NCBI GenBank assembly: GCA_032249135.1
Contig: JAVVGL010000021.1
Coordinates: 1-33,761 of the forward strand
Length of the DNA stretch: 33,761 nucleotides
Source: Candidatus Calescibacterium sp.
GTDB taxonomy: Bacteria > Calescibacteriota > Calescibacteriia > Calescibacteriales > Calescibacteriaceae
Reading direction: 5' to 3'
A program made the position numbers and the translations under genes. How positions within the stretch are numbered: position 1 is the stretch's first letter; every line of letters begins with the position of its first letter. This document shows positions 8,911 through 17,254 of the stretch, one piece after another. The notes below the pieces were generated by a model, which was not told the DNA's origin, did no database searches, and saw only the letters and a program-made list of their open reading frames with translations.

Positions 8911-9864
8911 TTATTTTGTTTCTGTTTTCGGATAATTTGAAAAAAATGAATTTTTTTGAGCTGATGGAATAAGAATTAAAACCTGGGTTCCTTTATTCTG
9001 TTCAGATTTTATTTCTATTTTTCCTTTGTGTAATTCAATTATTTTCTTTGCTGTGCTCATGCCAAGTCCCATACCTTTTGGTTTTGTTGTGAAGAAAGGA
9101 ATAAAAATTTTGTTGAGGTTTTCAGGTGGAATTCCACATCCTGAATCCTCTATTTCACATCTTATAAACCCATCTTCCGTGTCAGTGGTTCTGACTAATA
9201 TTTTTTTCTCCTTTGAGTTTTCAAGGCTTTCTGCCGAGTTTGTAATTATATTCAAGAAAGCTCTTTTGAGCAGGAACCTATCCCCTATGACGAAAACTCT
9301 ATCTGAATTATACTCTCTTTTTATTTCAAAATCGTAATGAAATACATAACCTTTTAACTCTTCAATTTCAGATATAGCATCTTCTATTATTGATTCTATA
9401 TTTTCGGGGTTTCCCACAATTTCTCTGCCTTTTATAAATATTGTGACATTATCTATTATTGTCTCTATTCGTAAGAGAAGGGACTTTATAATTTTCATGT
9501 TCTCATCTTTTATTTGAGATGATAAAATCGCATTTTTCAGAGCAAAAAATGGATTTTTTATTTCGTGAATTATAAATGCTAACATCTCTTGCATACCCTT
9601 ATATCTTTCCTCTAAAAACAAATCCTCAAATTTTTCTCTGATTATTTTCAGAAGCTCGTCATAGCTTACAAAAAGTTTCAAATTTTTTCCCTCGTCTTTT
9701 ATCAGGAAAACAAGGTTTTTGGGATCCGATATATCCAAGAATACTTTTTCAGAAGGAAAAGAAACAAGAAAATCTTTTTCTTTTTTTTTCGTATTTTCCA
9801 TTCTATTTCTTTTTCTTCCTGTAAAGCTTGGTTTTTTCTCTCTATAAAATTTTAAAATTTTCAC
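8911..9864 (-). CDS. Soluble sensor histidine kinase (HisKA + HATPase_c)
   Basis: H box IIHEIKNPF, N box FLNIITNSAES, G1 IEDSGCGIP, F box IFIPFFTTK, G2 GMGLG. No TM segment. Start may be ATG 9801. Confidence 0.92.
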   Translation of the reverse strand: MKILKFYREKKPSFTGRKRNRMENTKKKEKDFLVSFPSEKVFLDISDPKNLVFLIKDEGKNLKLFVSYDELLKIIREKFEDLFLEERYKGMQEMLAFIIHEIKNPFFALKNAILSSQIKDENMKIIKSLLLRIETIIDNVTIFIKGREIVGNPENIESIIEDAISEIEELKGYVFHYDFEIKREYNSDRVFVIGDRFLLKRAFLNIITNSAESLENSKEKKILVRTTDTEDGFIRCEIEDSGCGIPPENLNKIFIPFFTTKPKGMGLGMSTAKKIIELHKGKIEIKSEQNKGTQVLILIPSAQKNSFFSNYPKTETK

Positions 9865-9879
9865 AGATTTATCTGAAAT

Positions 9880-10953
9880 TTAACGAGCAAAACTGATCTT
9901 TTTGATTTGCTTCTGAAAAATTCTCTTTACTCTTCCAAGTAAAAATCTTCCAAACATTATGTACTTTTCAATTTTTGCTATTGTAGGATTTATTCCTGCT
10001 GTTTTTATTTTCGCTCTTTCTGCCTCTGTAAGTCCGACCAAAGGTTTTCTCCTACTTATTCCTTCTCCACTCATTATAACCGTTATATCATCCAAAAATG
10101 CTGTTCTGAGTTCGCTTTTTTTTCTGAGCAAAAGCTCATAGTCTCCTGCGATTTTATAATTTGTGTCAAAAAGTCCTATTTCTTTGAAAAGGTCTCTCCT
10201 GTGGAGGGAGCCGGGATGAGCAACTGTCATCCATCTTTTGAATTCTTTCCATTTCCACTCTTTCCCGTATATTTCTTCAATTTTATCTTTAAATTTCCAT
10301 ATTTTTGCTTCCCATACTATCATCATCTTTGATGATGCAAAATCTATTTTCTGATTTGTTATTTTTTCTTTTTCTAATATGAGGCGTAGATATTTTTCTA
10401 TTGCATAGGGTAAAATAAAATCATCTGATCCAAGGAAAAATATCCATTCTCCGCAAGAAAGCATCACACCTTTATTTAAAGCATCATATATACCATTATC
10501 TTTCTCGCTTATCCAATAATCTACATCAGAACTCTCAAGGATTTTAATTGTTTTATCTTCGCTTTCTCCATCTACAACTATTATTTCTATGTTTGGGTAT
10601 GTTTGGTTTTTTACACTTTCAATTGCTCTCCTTATGCTTTTTTCACTATTTTTTGATGCCATCACACAAGATACAAGAGGTAATCTTTCAAATCTCCAAT
10701 TACTCTCTTTGATGTAATTTTCAATTTCAAATTGGATTTTTGGAGGTGCAGGTCTTGATTTTTGAGAATCTGTATCACATATAAACCAAGTTTTACCTTC
10801 TTTTATATATGAATGTTTGAAAAAGCCTTTTTTTCTCATTCCCCCCTGTTTTCCAGATTTCCAAAAAAGATAAGTTTCAAATTTGTATTCAGGATTATTT
10901 ATAACTTTCGGCTTTATTTTTGTGACAAAAGCCATTACAATCAATTTAGCCAT
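9880..10953 (-). CDS. Glycosyltransferase family 2 (WcaE-like) with N-terminal extension
   Basis: SVKNQTYPNIEIIVVDGESEDKT, SEKDNGIYDALNKG, FLGSDD, FDTNYKIAGDYELLLR. Confidence 0.92.
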   Translation of the reverse strand: MAKLIVMAFVTKIKPKVINNPEYKFETYLFWKSGKQGGMRKKGFFKHSYIKEGKTWFICDTDSQKSRPAPPKIQFEIENYIKESNWRFERLPLVSCVMASKNSEKSIRRAIESVKNQTYPNIEIIVVDGESEDKTIKILESSDVDYWISEKDNGIYDALNKGVMLSCGEWIFFLGSDDFILPYAIEKYLRLILEKEKITNQKIDFASSKMMIVWEAKIWKFKDKIEEIYGKEWKWKEFKRWMTVAHPGSLHRRDLFKEIGLFDTNYKIAGDYELLLRKKSELRTAFLDDITVIMSGEGISRRKPLVGLTEAERAKIKTAGINPTIAKIEKYIMFGRFLLGRVKRIFQKQIKKISFAR

Positions 10954-11040
10954 TTATAGAATCTTTTCAAAAGTTAGAGCATAAATTTTGCACAAAAGCG
11001 CTTGTTTTCGTAAAAATCACAAAAATACTTATGATAACAT

Positions 11041-12621
11041 ATGGGCAAAATTTCATACAACAAATTTTTTATTCTCTTTCTTTTGCTTTCTTTTTTGCTC
11101 TTTTACTATTACTCTTGCTCTTCTTCTTATAAAGGTGGAACTCGTGAGAAGGTTTTAAGATTTGCAATTTCAACTGAACCTCCTACACTTGATCCTAACC
11201 TTGCAACTGATTCTGTCTCTCACCTTCTTATAAATAATTTGCAATGTGGACTTACAAGGTTTGATACAGAAAAGTTAAAACCAGTTCCTTGTCTTGCTGA
11301 AAGTTTTGAATATCAAGATGGAGGAACAAAGGTGGTTTTCAAGCTCAAAAAAGCTTTCTGGTCAGATGGTAAACCTCTTTCCGCTTATGATTTTGTTTAT
11401 TCTTGGAGAAGATTGCTTTCACCTGAAACAGGAGCGGAATATGCTTATTTTCTTTATGACATTGTCGGAGCTTATGAGTTCAACACCGGAAAAATCTCTT
11501 ATTTCCCGGGAGTCACTGCTGAAAGTGATGATACTCTTGTTGTGTATCTGAAAAGACCAATAGCTTACTTGCCATCTATTGTATCTTTTATGGTGACATT
11601 TCCTATAAGGCAAGATGTGATTGAAAGATGCAAAGAAAAGTGGACCGAACCTGAATGCTATCCTGAAATAGGACCATTTATACTTTCAGAATGGAAGCAC
11701 GAATATAAAATTGTTTTGAAACCTAATCCATACTGGATAGGGGAAAAACCAAAAGTTGAGAGAGTGGAGTTATTTGTTGTATCAGATGCAGCGACGGCTC
11801 TGAATTTATATAGGTCTAATTTTATTTACGCGGTTGGATTATTCCCTCTTGCTATAAGAAAATTCCGAAATTCACCTGAGTTTATAACTAACCCTGGTAT
11901 GAGAGGATTTTATGTGGGTTTTAATGTGACCAAAAAACCTTTTGATAATGTGCATGTGAGACGCGCTTTCGCTTATGCTACAAATAGAGAAGCAGTTGTT
12001 AGAGTTCTCGGAGGAATTCAAATACCAGCAACATCTTGGATACCTCCCGGTATGCTTGCTCACAACCCAAATATTGGTCTCCCTTTTGACCCTCAAAAGG
12101 CAAAGGAAGAGCTGAAAAAAGCCGGTTATCCTGATGGTAAAGGATTTCCGGAAGTCAGGTTATTTTTTAATCATTCACCAGAAAACAGAAAAATATCAGA
12201 AGTTCTCAAAGAAACTTGGAGGAGCGTTCTTGGAATAGATGTAAAACTTGAAAGTATGGAGTGGAAGATGTTTCTTTCAACTCTCGTGAATCAGAAGCCA
12301 GAACTTTTTAGATTAGGTTGGGGTGCTGACTTTCCTGATCCACATAACTTTATGGACCTTTTCACATCTCAATCTGGGAACAATCACACGGGTTTTGCAA
12401 ATAAAAGATATGATGAACTTATAATGCTGGCATCTGAGGAGTTGAATGAGGAAAAAAGAATTCAACTTTATAATGAAGCTCAAAAGATTTTGCTTGAAGA
12501 AGAAGTTGCCATAATCCCTCTCTTTTGGGGAGTAAGTGCAATTTTGAAAAAACCATTCATCAAAATCAAGTTCAATCCACTTGATATAATATACTACGAC
12601 GAGGTTGAATTTATTGAGTAA
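11041..12621 (+). CDS. oppA: Oligopeptide ABC transporter substrate-binding lipoprotein
   Basis: EPPTLDP, WSDGKPLSAYDFVYSWRRL, GPFILSEW, RLGWGADFPDPHNF; lipoprotein Cys26. Confidence 0.9.
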   Translation: MGKISYNKFFILFLLLSFLLFYYYSCSSSYKGGTREKVLRFAISTEPPTLDPNLATDSVSHLLINNLQCGLTRFDTEKLKPVPCLAESFEYQDGGTKVVFKLKKAFWSDGKPLSAYDFVYSWRRLLSPETGAEYAYFLYDIVGAYEFNTGKISYFPGVTAESDDTLVVYLKRPIAYLPSIVSFMVTFPIRQDVIERCKEKWTEPECYPEIGPFILSEWKHEYKIVLKPNPYWIGEKPKVERVELFVVSDAATALNLYRSNFIYAVGLFPLAIRKFRNSPEFITNPGMRGFYVGFNVTKKPFDNVHVRRAFAYATNREAVVRVLGGIQIPATSWIPPGMLAHNPNIGLPFDPQKAKEELKKAGYPDGKGFPEVRLFFNHSPENRKISEVLKETWRSVLGIDVKLESMEWKMFLSTLVNQKPELFRLGWGADFPDPHNFMDLFTSQSGNNHTGFANKRYDELIMLASEELNEEKRIQLYNEAQKILLEEEVAIIPLFWGVSAILKKPFIKIKFNPLDIIYYDEVEFIE

Positions 12622-12714
12622 ATTCTATTGGTGATAGAGAAACTTGAATTTTTATTGAAGAAACAAAAAAGATGAGAATTACAAAAAAGATGAAGTTTGA
12701 TTAAATTTGATTTT

Positions 12715-13185
12715 ATGAAACTGCAAAACCTTAAAAGCTTAAAGTCTGAGGAGCTTGATAAACTTTTTATAGAGGGAGTAGCTCCATCACAAGATGAACT
12801 TCAAGGTTTTTTTGCCGGAATAGCTCTACCTCAGACCACAAAAACTTTTCTCCCAAGAGCCTTTGAAAAATTCGCTATTTTCGTAGGAGATAAAATATGG
12901 AAAGGAAAGGTTTTTATGAAAATAGATGGTGAGATAAGAGGAGCGAATATATTAACTGACTTTAAAATCCCTGCTTTTCCTTTTAAAGTTGAAGAGAGTA
13001 TTTCTTTTCTTGATGGAAAACCCTGTTTTGTTCTTAATTACCGTGTCTTTCCTAATCCTTTTCCAGTTGTTTTCATAAGGGATGAGGTAAGAAAAATAGG
13101 AGAAAGACTTTATCTTGGTGTTATGTTCTTTTACCCGGTGGTTTTGAAAATTCCTTCAATTTATTTCGGACTTGAGAAGATTTAA
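12715..13185 (+). CDS. Hypothetical protein
   Basis: Clean ORF (ATG 12715; the track starts at TTG 12697) with WKGKVF and LNY...NP...IRDEVR...LYLG motifs that look like a conserved uncharacterised family. Confidence 0.6.
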   Translation: MKLQNLKSLKSEELDKLFIEGVAPSQDELQGFFAGIALPQTTKTFLPRAFEKFAIFVGDKIWKGKVFMKIDGEIRGANILTDFKIPAFPFKVEESISFLDGKPCFVLNYRVFPNPFPVVFIRDEVRKIGERLYLGVMFFYPVVLKIPSIYFGLEKI

Positions 13186-14233
13186 AGATAGGGAACAAGA
13201 TGAAGGCGTACAAAAAGGTAAAGGTAGCATTCAGAAAGGTTTAATTTTGGAATTAGCAACAAAGTTATATTTTGAAGATAAATTCCCATCGGCTAATATC
13301 AATTTCTGGAAAGATTGGGCAAAATCAAGAGGTTTTGAACATCGGGATATAGGAGTTGATCTTGAAATAGAAATAAATGGTGATTTATGGGCTGTCCAAA
13401 CCAAAAATTGGAAAAATAAAGTGGATTTGAGTGATATAGGAACGTTTTTAGCGTGTCTATCGGATAAGGATTTTAATTTTAAAAGAGGAATTTTGGTTAC
13501 TACATCCGGTCTAGCTAATAAAGCAAGAGAGCGATTACCTAACATTAATCTGCAAAATAGGGATATTATTGTACTAGAAATCGTTTGTTGTCTATCTGAT
13601 TTCACAGTGGATAATATAGATATACCGGCAAAAAATATATGGAAAATAAAAAGTTTGGATTTCCATAAATATCTTGAAAAGGCAAAAGAGTTATTAAAAA
13701 TACAAGGCTCAAAGGAAGATATATTTGGCCCATTATCAAATACTTATGATGAAACAACTTTTAATATTCAATTGCTTCACTTGAAGAGTATATTTAACGA
13801 ACTACGGATAATGATAGAACATGAGAAAAAGGAAAAAGTTGAAATAGGATTGGTTTTACAGAAGCTTAAACAGAAGTTTGACCATTTTAGGCATTTAGAT
13901 GACAGGACAGTAAAAGTTGTTTTATGCGATGATATGCTTTATTATACATCGGCGAGAAAGTATCACTATAACTTTACAAAAGCAAATGTCTTTTTTTATT
14001 TGACACAAAAGAATTTGACAAATATAGATTTAGAAGTGATTATAAGTGCCTGGAACAAGAAAAGGAAAGATTTAGAATCCTTGAGAAAAATGAGAATTGA
14101 TAAGAAAATGGAGATTGTAAGGCTGTGGTATGGCCTTTTAGAAGACTTTTCATCTCGTTTTATGAGAATCCCCGAAAGGGTTAGGGAAAAAATTCAAAAT
14201 TTATCCCAAATTGGTAAGGAAGATTTCGAGTAA
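13172..14233 (+). CDS. Mrr-like (PD-(D/Q)xK) restriction endonuclease domain fused to an unrecognised helical C-terminal domain
   Basis: FWKDW...RDIGVDLEIE...WAVQTKNW...DIGTFLA...GILVTTS matches the Mrr_cat_2-type motif (DxGIDL...AIQxK). No helicase or methyltransferase motifs follow. Confidence 0.75.
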   Translation: MRRFKDREQDEGVQKGKGSIQKGLILELATKLYFEDKFPSANINFWKDWAKSRGFEHRDIGVDLEIEINGDLWAVQTKNWKNKVDLSDIGTFLACLSDKDFNFKRGILVTTSGLANKARERLPNINLQNRDIIVLEIVCCLSDFTVDNIDIPAKNIWKIKSLDFHKYLEKAKELLKIQGSKEDIFGPLSNTYDETTFNIQLLHLKSIFNELRIMIEHEKKEKVEIGLVLQKLKQKFDHFRHLDDRTVKVVLCDDMLYYTSARKYHYNFTKANVFFYLTQKNLTNIDLEVIISAWNKKRKDLESLRKMRIDKKMEIVRLWYGLLEDFSSRFMRIPERVREKIQNLSQIGKEDFE

Positions 14234-14329
14234 GAGAATGTAAATTTTTTATTTCTTCTTTTTTCACCTCGTTTTTCTTTTTCCTGCTTATTGGTTTTTT
14301 GAAATATCATTTTATAATATTTCGGTAGT

Positions 14330-15352
14330 ATGGGAAGTGTAAAAGATCTTGTAATTATTGAGAATCCACAAGGGGAAAAGCCAGGAGTTGGTAAGTTCAT
14401 TTTTTCAGATAGGTTTTCTGTTTTTGATTGGGGAAGCATGCCAGATACAATTCCGAACAAGGGCAAAGCGATTTGCATAATGGGAGCTTTCTTTTTTGAA
14501 AAATTAGAAAATGAGGGAATAAAAACTCATTACATGGGGATTGTAGATGGGGAAAAAATTACAAAGCTTTCTGATGCGAAAAATCCACCGGATGAGATGG
14601 TAATAAAGCTCGTGAGGGTTCTCAAACCTGAATTGAAGAACGGGAAATACGATTATTCCATTTACAAAAAAGAAAAGGTAAATTTTCTCATTCCGCTTGA
14701 AGTTATATACAGAAACTCTTTACCCGAAGGTTCAAGCGTTTTCAAAAGGTTAAAAGAGGGAAAAATAAAACCACAAGATTTGGGACTTGACTTCTATCCT
14801 CAACCTGGGCAAAAACTTCCAAGAACAATAGTAGATATTTCTACAAAACTTGAAAGTATGGATAGATACATTTTATGGGATGAAGCTATGGAAATTTCGG
14901 GACTTTCGGAAAATGAGGCGGACAAAATCAAAGAACTAACTATTTTTGCTGCCAACATGATAACTTCTCAAACAGAAAAGAAAGGAATAAGTAATGAAGA
15001 TGGGAAATTTGAGTTTGCTTTTGATGAGAAAAGAAATATTATGTTTGTTGATGTTCTCGGAACACCTGATGAGTGTAGGTTCATTCTTGATGGATTCCAC
15101 ATAAGTAAAGAGGTTCTGAGGAAATTTTACAGAAAAACATCTTGGTATGAGGAAATAGAAGAAGCAAAAAAGAAGGATCCTGTTATGTGGAGAAATTTTG
15201 TAAAAACTCCACCGCCCAGCTTACCAGAGAATCTCAAAAACCTTGTTTCACAGCTTTACATGTCTTGCTGCAATGAGATTACAGAAAGAGAATGGTTCAA
15301 ATCTCCGCCTTTGAGTGATGTTGTCAAAAGTCTAAAAAGTCTTCTCGGTTAG
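14330..15352 (+). CDS. purC: SAICAR synthetase, long archaeal-type form
   Basis: MGSVKDL, FSDRFSVFDWG, LIPLEVIYRN, STKLE, DGKFEF, VDVLGTPDECRF, SKEVLR. Confidence 0.95.
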   Translation: MGSVKDLVIIENPQGEKPGVGKFIFSDRFSVFDWGSMPDTIPNKGKAICIMGAFFFEKLENEGIKTHYMGIVDGEKITKLSDAKNPPDEMVIKLVRVLKPELKNGKYDYSIYKKEKVNFLIPLEVIYRNSLPEGSSVFKRLKEGKIKPQDLGLDFYPQPGQKLPRTIVDISTKLESMDRYILWDEAMEISGLSENEADKIKELTIFAANMITSQTEKKGISNEDGKFEFAFDEKRNIMFVDVLGTPDECRFILDGFHISKEVLRKFYRKTSWYEEIEEAKKKDPVMWRNFVKTPPPSLPENLKNLVSQLYMSCCNEITEREWFKSPPLSDVVKSLKSLLG

Positions 15353-15363
15353 TCATTAGATAA

Positions 15364-16359
15364 TCATAAAAAGTGAGAGATTGTAAGTCCTATAATATAA
15401 GATAAGGCGAAATCTGTATTGAAAATGAAAGCTCCTCCAACATACCACATGGGCCAGAACTCACGAGGATAAAATTCGGGTAGCTCATTTTCTGAATTTG
15501 GTTTTGGCAAAGTTATTGCATTAAATATTCTCAAAGCTCGTGGAAAAGAAATGAAAGTAAAAATTAATCCCCACTTTTTAGTAAGCAATACGCCTAAAAC
15601 AACAAAAAAGTAAGGTAGTAAGATAAGAATTTTGCAGAGATTTTTCGTTTTTTCCTCTCCTAAAATTACGGGGAGTGTTTTTACACCCTTTTTCTCATCT
15701 TCTTTGATTTTATCAAGGTGTTTTCCAAACAAAATCAAAGAAGCCGTTATTCCATAGGGGAAAGATAAAATTATAACTTCGGGATTTATCTTAGAAGTTA
15801 TAACCCAAAAACCACCTGCTATCATCAAAGGTCCCCAAACCAAAAATACAATAAGTTCTCCCAAACCTCTGTATTTGAACTTAAAAGGAGGTCCCGAGTA
15901 AGAAAAAAGGAAAATGAATCCCAAAACTGCAAGAACAAGAACAAATATTCCTCTTTCAAGAAAAAGATAAAGTCCACACAAAAAGGCTAAAAGCAAAACG
16001 AGAAATCCTAAAATCCAGGTTTTTCTCTCACCGAAAAGATAAACAGGGTGAACACTATATACATTTCTGAAATAGTCAGGAAGATCTATTTTGTTTTTGT
16101 AGTCCCAAAGGTCGTTGAAAATATTGCTTGCAGCGTGTGCCAATAGCAAACCAAAAGAACATACTAAAAATAGATTCCACTCAAAAAGACCATACAAAGA
16201 TGCTAAAAGTCCGGAAATTAAGCAAGAAAAAAGAGTTATGGGTAAAGATACAACTCTCAAAATTCCAAGTATTGGTATATTTTCAAAACCTGAAACTCTT
16301 TTGAGAAAATTTGTCCAAATTTTCGCTTCAAATTCGTCAAACTTTGAAAAATAATTCAT
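15364..16359 (-). CDS. menA: UbiA-family prenyltransferase, MenA-like
   Basis: NIFNDLWDYKNKID, YSGPPFKFKYRGLGE, LDKIKEDEKKGVKTL, multiple TM helices. Confidence 0.8.
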   Translation of the reverse strand: MNYFSKFDEFEAKIWTNFLKRVSGFENIPILGILRVVSLPITLFSCLISGLLASLYGLFEWNLFLVCSFGLLLAHAASNIFNDLWDYKNKIDLPDYFRNVYSVHPVYLFGERKTWILGFLVLLLAFLCGLYLFLERGIFVLVLAVLGFIFLFSYSGPPFKFKYRGLGELIVFLVWGPLMIAGGFWVITSKINPEVIILSFPYGITASLILFGKHLDKIKEDEKKGVKTLPVILGEEKTKNLCKILILLPYFFVVLGVLLTKKWGLIFTFISFPRALRIFNAITLPKPNSENELPEFYPREFWPMWYVGGAFIFNTDFALSYIIGLTISHFL

Positions 16360-16415
16360 TTAAGCAAATTCAGATACTCCTTTTAATAAATTTTTTAATT
16401 AACAGAAACTTATTT

Positions 16416-16739
16416 TTAATTAGTTGGAACTTCTATTTTTTCAACTTTGAAGATTGAATAAAGTTGTCTGTGACCATATTTTCTTCTATATCTTTTTTTT
16501 CTTTTGAACTTGAACACAATTATTTTCTTTCCTTTGCCGTCTTCAATTTTTCTGAGTTTTACCGTAGCTCCCTCAACTTGTGGTTTTCCTAAAATAAATT
16601 TGTCGTCAAAAAAAACTGCAAGTACATCTTTCGTTTCAAGAACTTCTCCTACTCCAACTCCATGAATTCTTTCTGTTCTTATAAGATCTCCTTCTTTTAC
16701 TTTATATTGTTTTCCCCCAACTCTTATTACCGCATACAT
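16416..16739 (-). CDS. rplU: 50S ribosomal protein L21
   Basis: MYAVIRVGGKQYKVKEGD...KIIVFKFKRKKRYRRKYGHRQ. Confidence 0.98.
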   Translation of the reverse strand: MYAVIRVGGKQYKVKEGDLIRTERIHGVGVGEVLETKDVLAVFFDDKFILGKPQVEGATVKLRKIEDGKGKKIIVFKFKRKKRYRRKYGHRQLYSIFKVEKIEVPTN

Positions 16740-16869
16740 AAATCATTTATTTTATGATAGGAAAAAGTTTAAAAATAAAATTCAGAAATATTCATGAAAC
16801 TAAAAGTGAACGGGGAAAAAAATTTTCAATCTAAAACTAAAAACATTTTTTCAGTATAACTTTTCTTTT

Positions 16870-17229
16870 ATGGAAAAGATATTCTTTGTGGCTTTGTATC
16901 TTCTGATAGCCCTTGCGGTAGGATTAGGAATAGTGATTTTACATATTTTGCTTTCTGAAAAACCAAAATCTTCTCCAAAGGAAAAATATTTGCCTTTTGA
17001 GAGTGGTATGGTTCCTTTTCATGATGCAAGAGGGAGATTGCCTGTTAAGTTTTACATTTTTGCTCTTGCATTCCTGATTTTTGATATAGAAGTCGCTTTG
17101 CTTTTTCCATATGTTCCGCTTGTAAAAGAACTTGGAAAATTTGGTCTTGTGGAGATTCTCTTTTTCTTCACAATTTTATTTCTCGCTTATATATATATAA
17201 GACAAACTGCATTGAAAGAATGGAAATAA
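16870..17229 (+). CDS. nuoA: NADH-quinone oxidoreductase subunit A
   Basis: KYLPFESG, FYIFALAFLIFDIEVALLFP, three TM helices, 119 aa. Confidence 0.95.
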   Translation: MEKIFFVALYLLIALAVGLGIVILHILLSEKPKSSPKEKYLPFESGMVPFHDARGRLPVKFYIFALAFLIFDIEVALLFPYVPLVKELGKFGLVEILFFFTILFLAYIYIRQTALKEWK

Positions 17230-17254
17230 ATAACAAAAATAAAGTAGAAAAGCT

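Noticed and set aside
9781-9789. T9 tract near the kinase start as a phase-variation site
   Set aside because: It is in frame (Lys codons), and A/T runs are common throughout this sequence.
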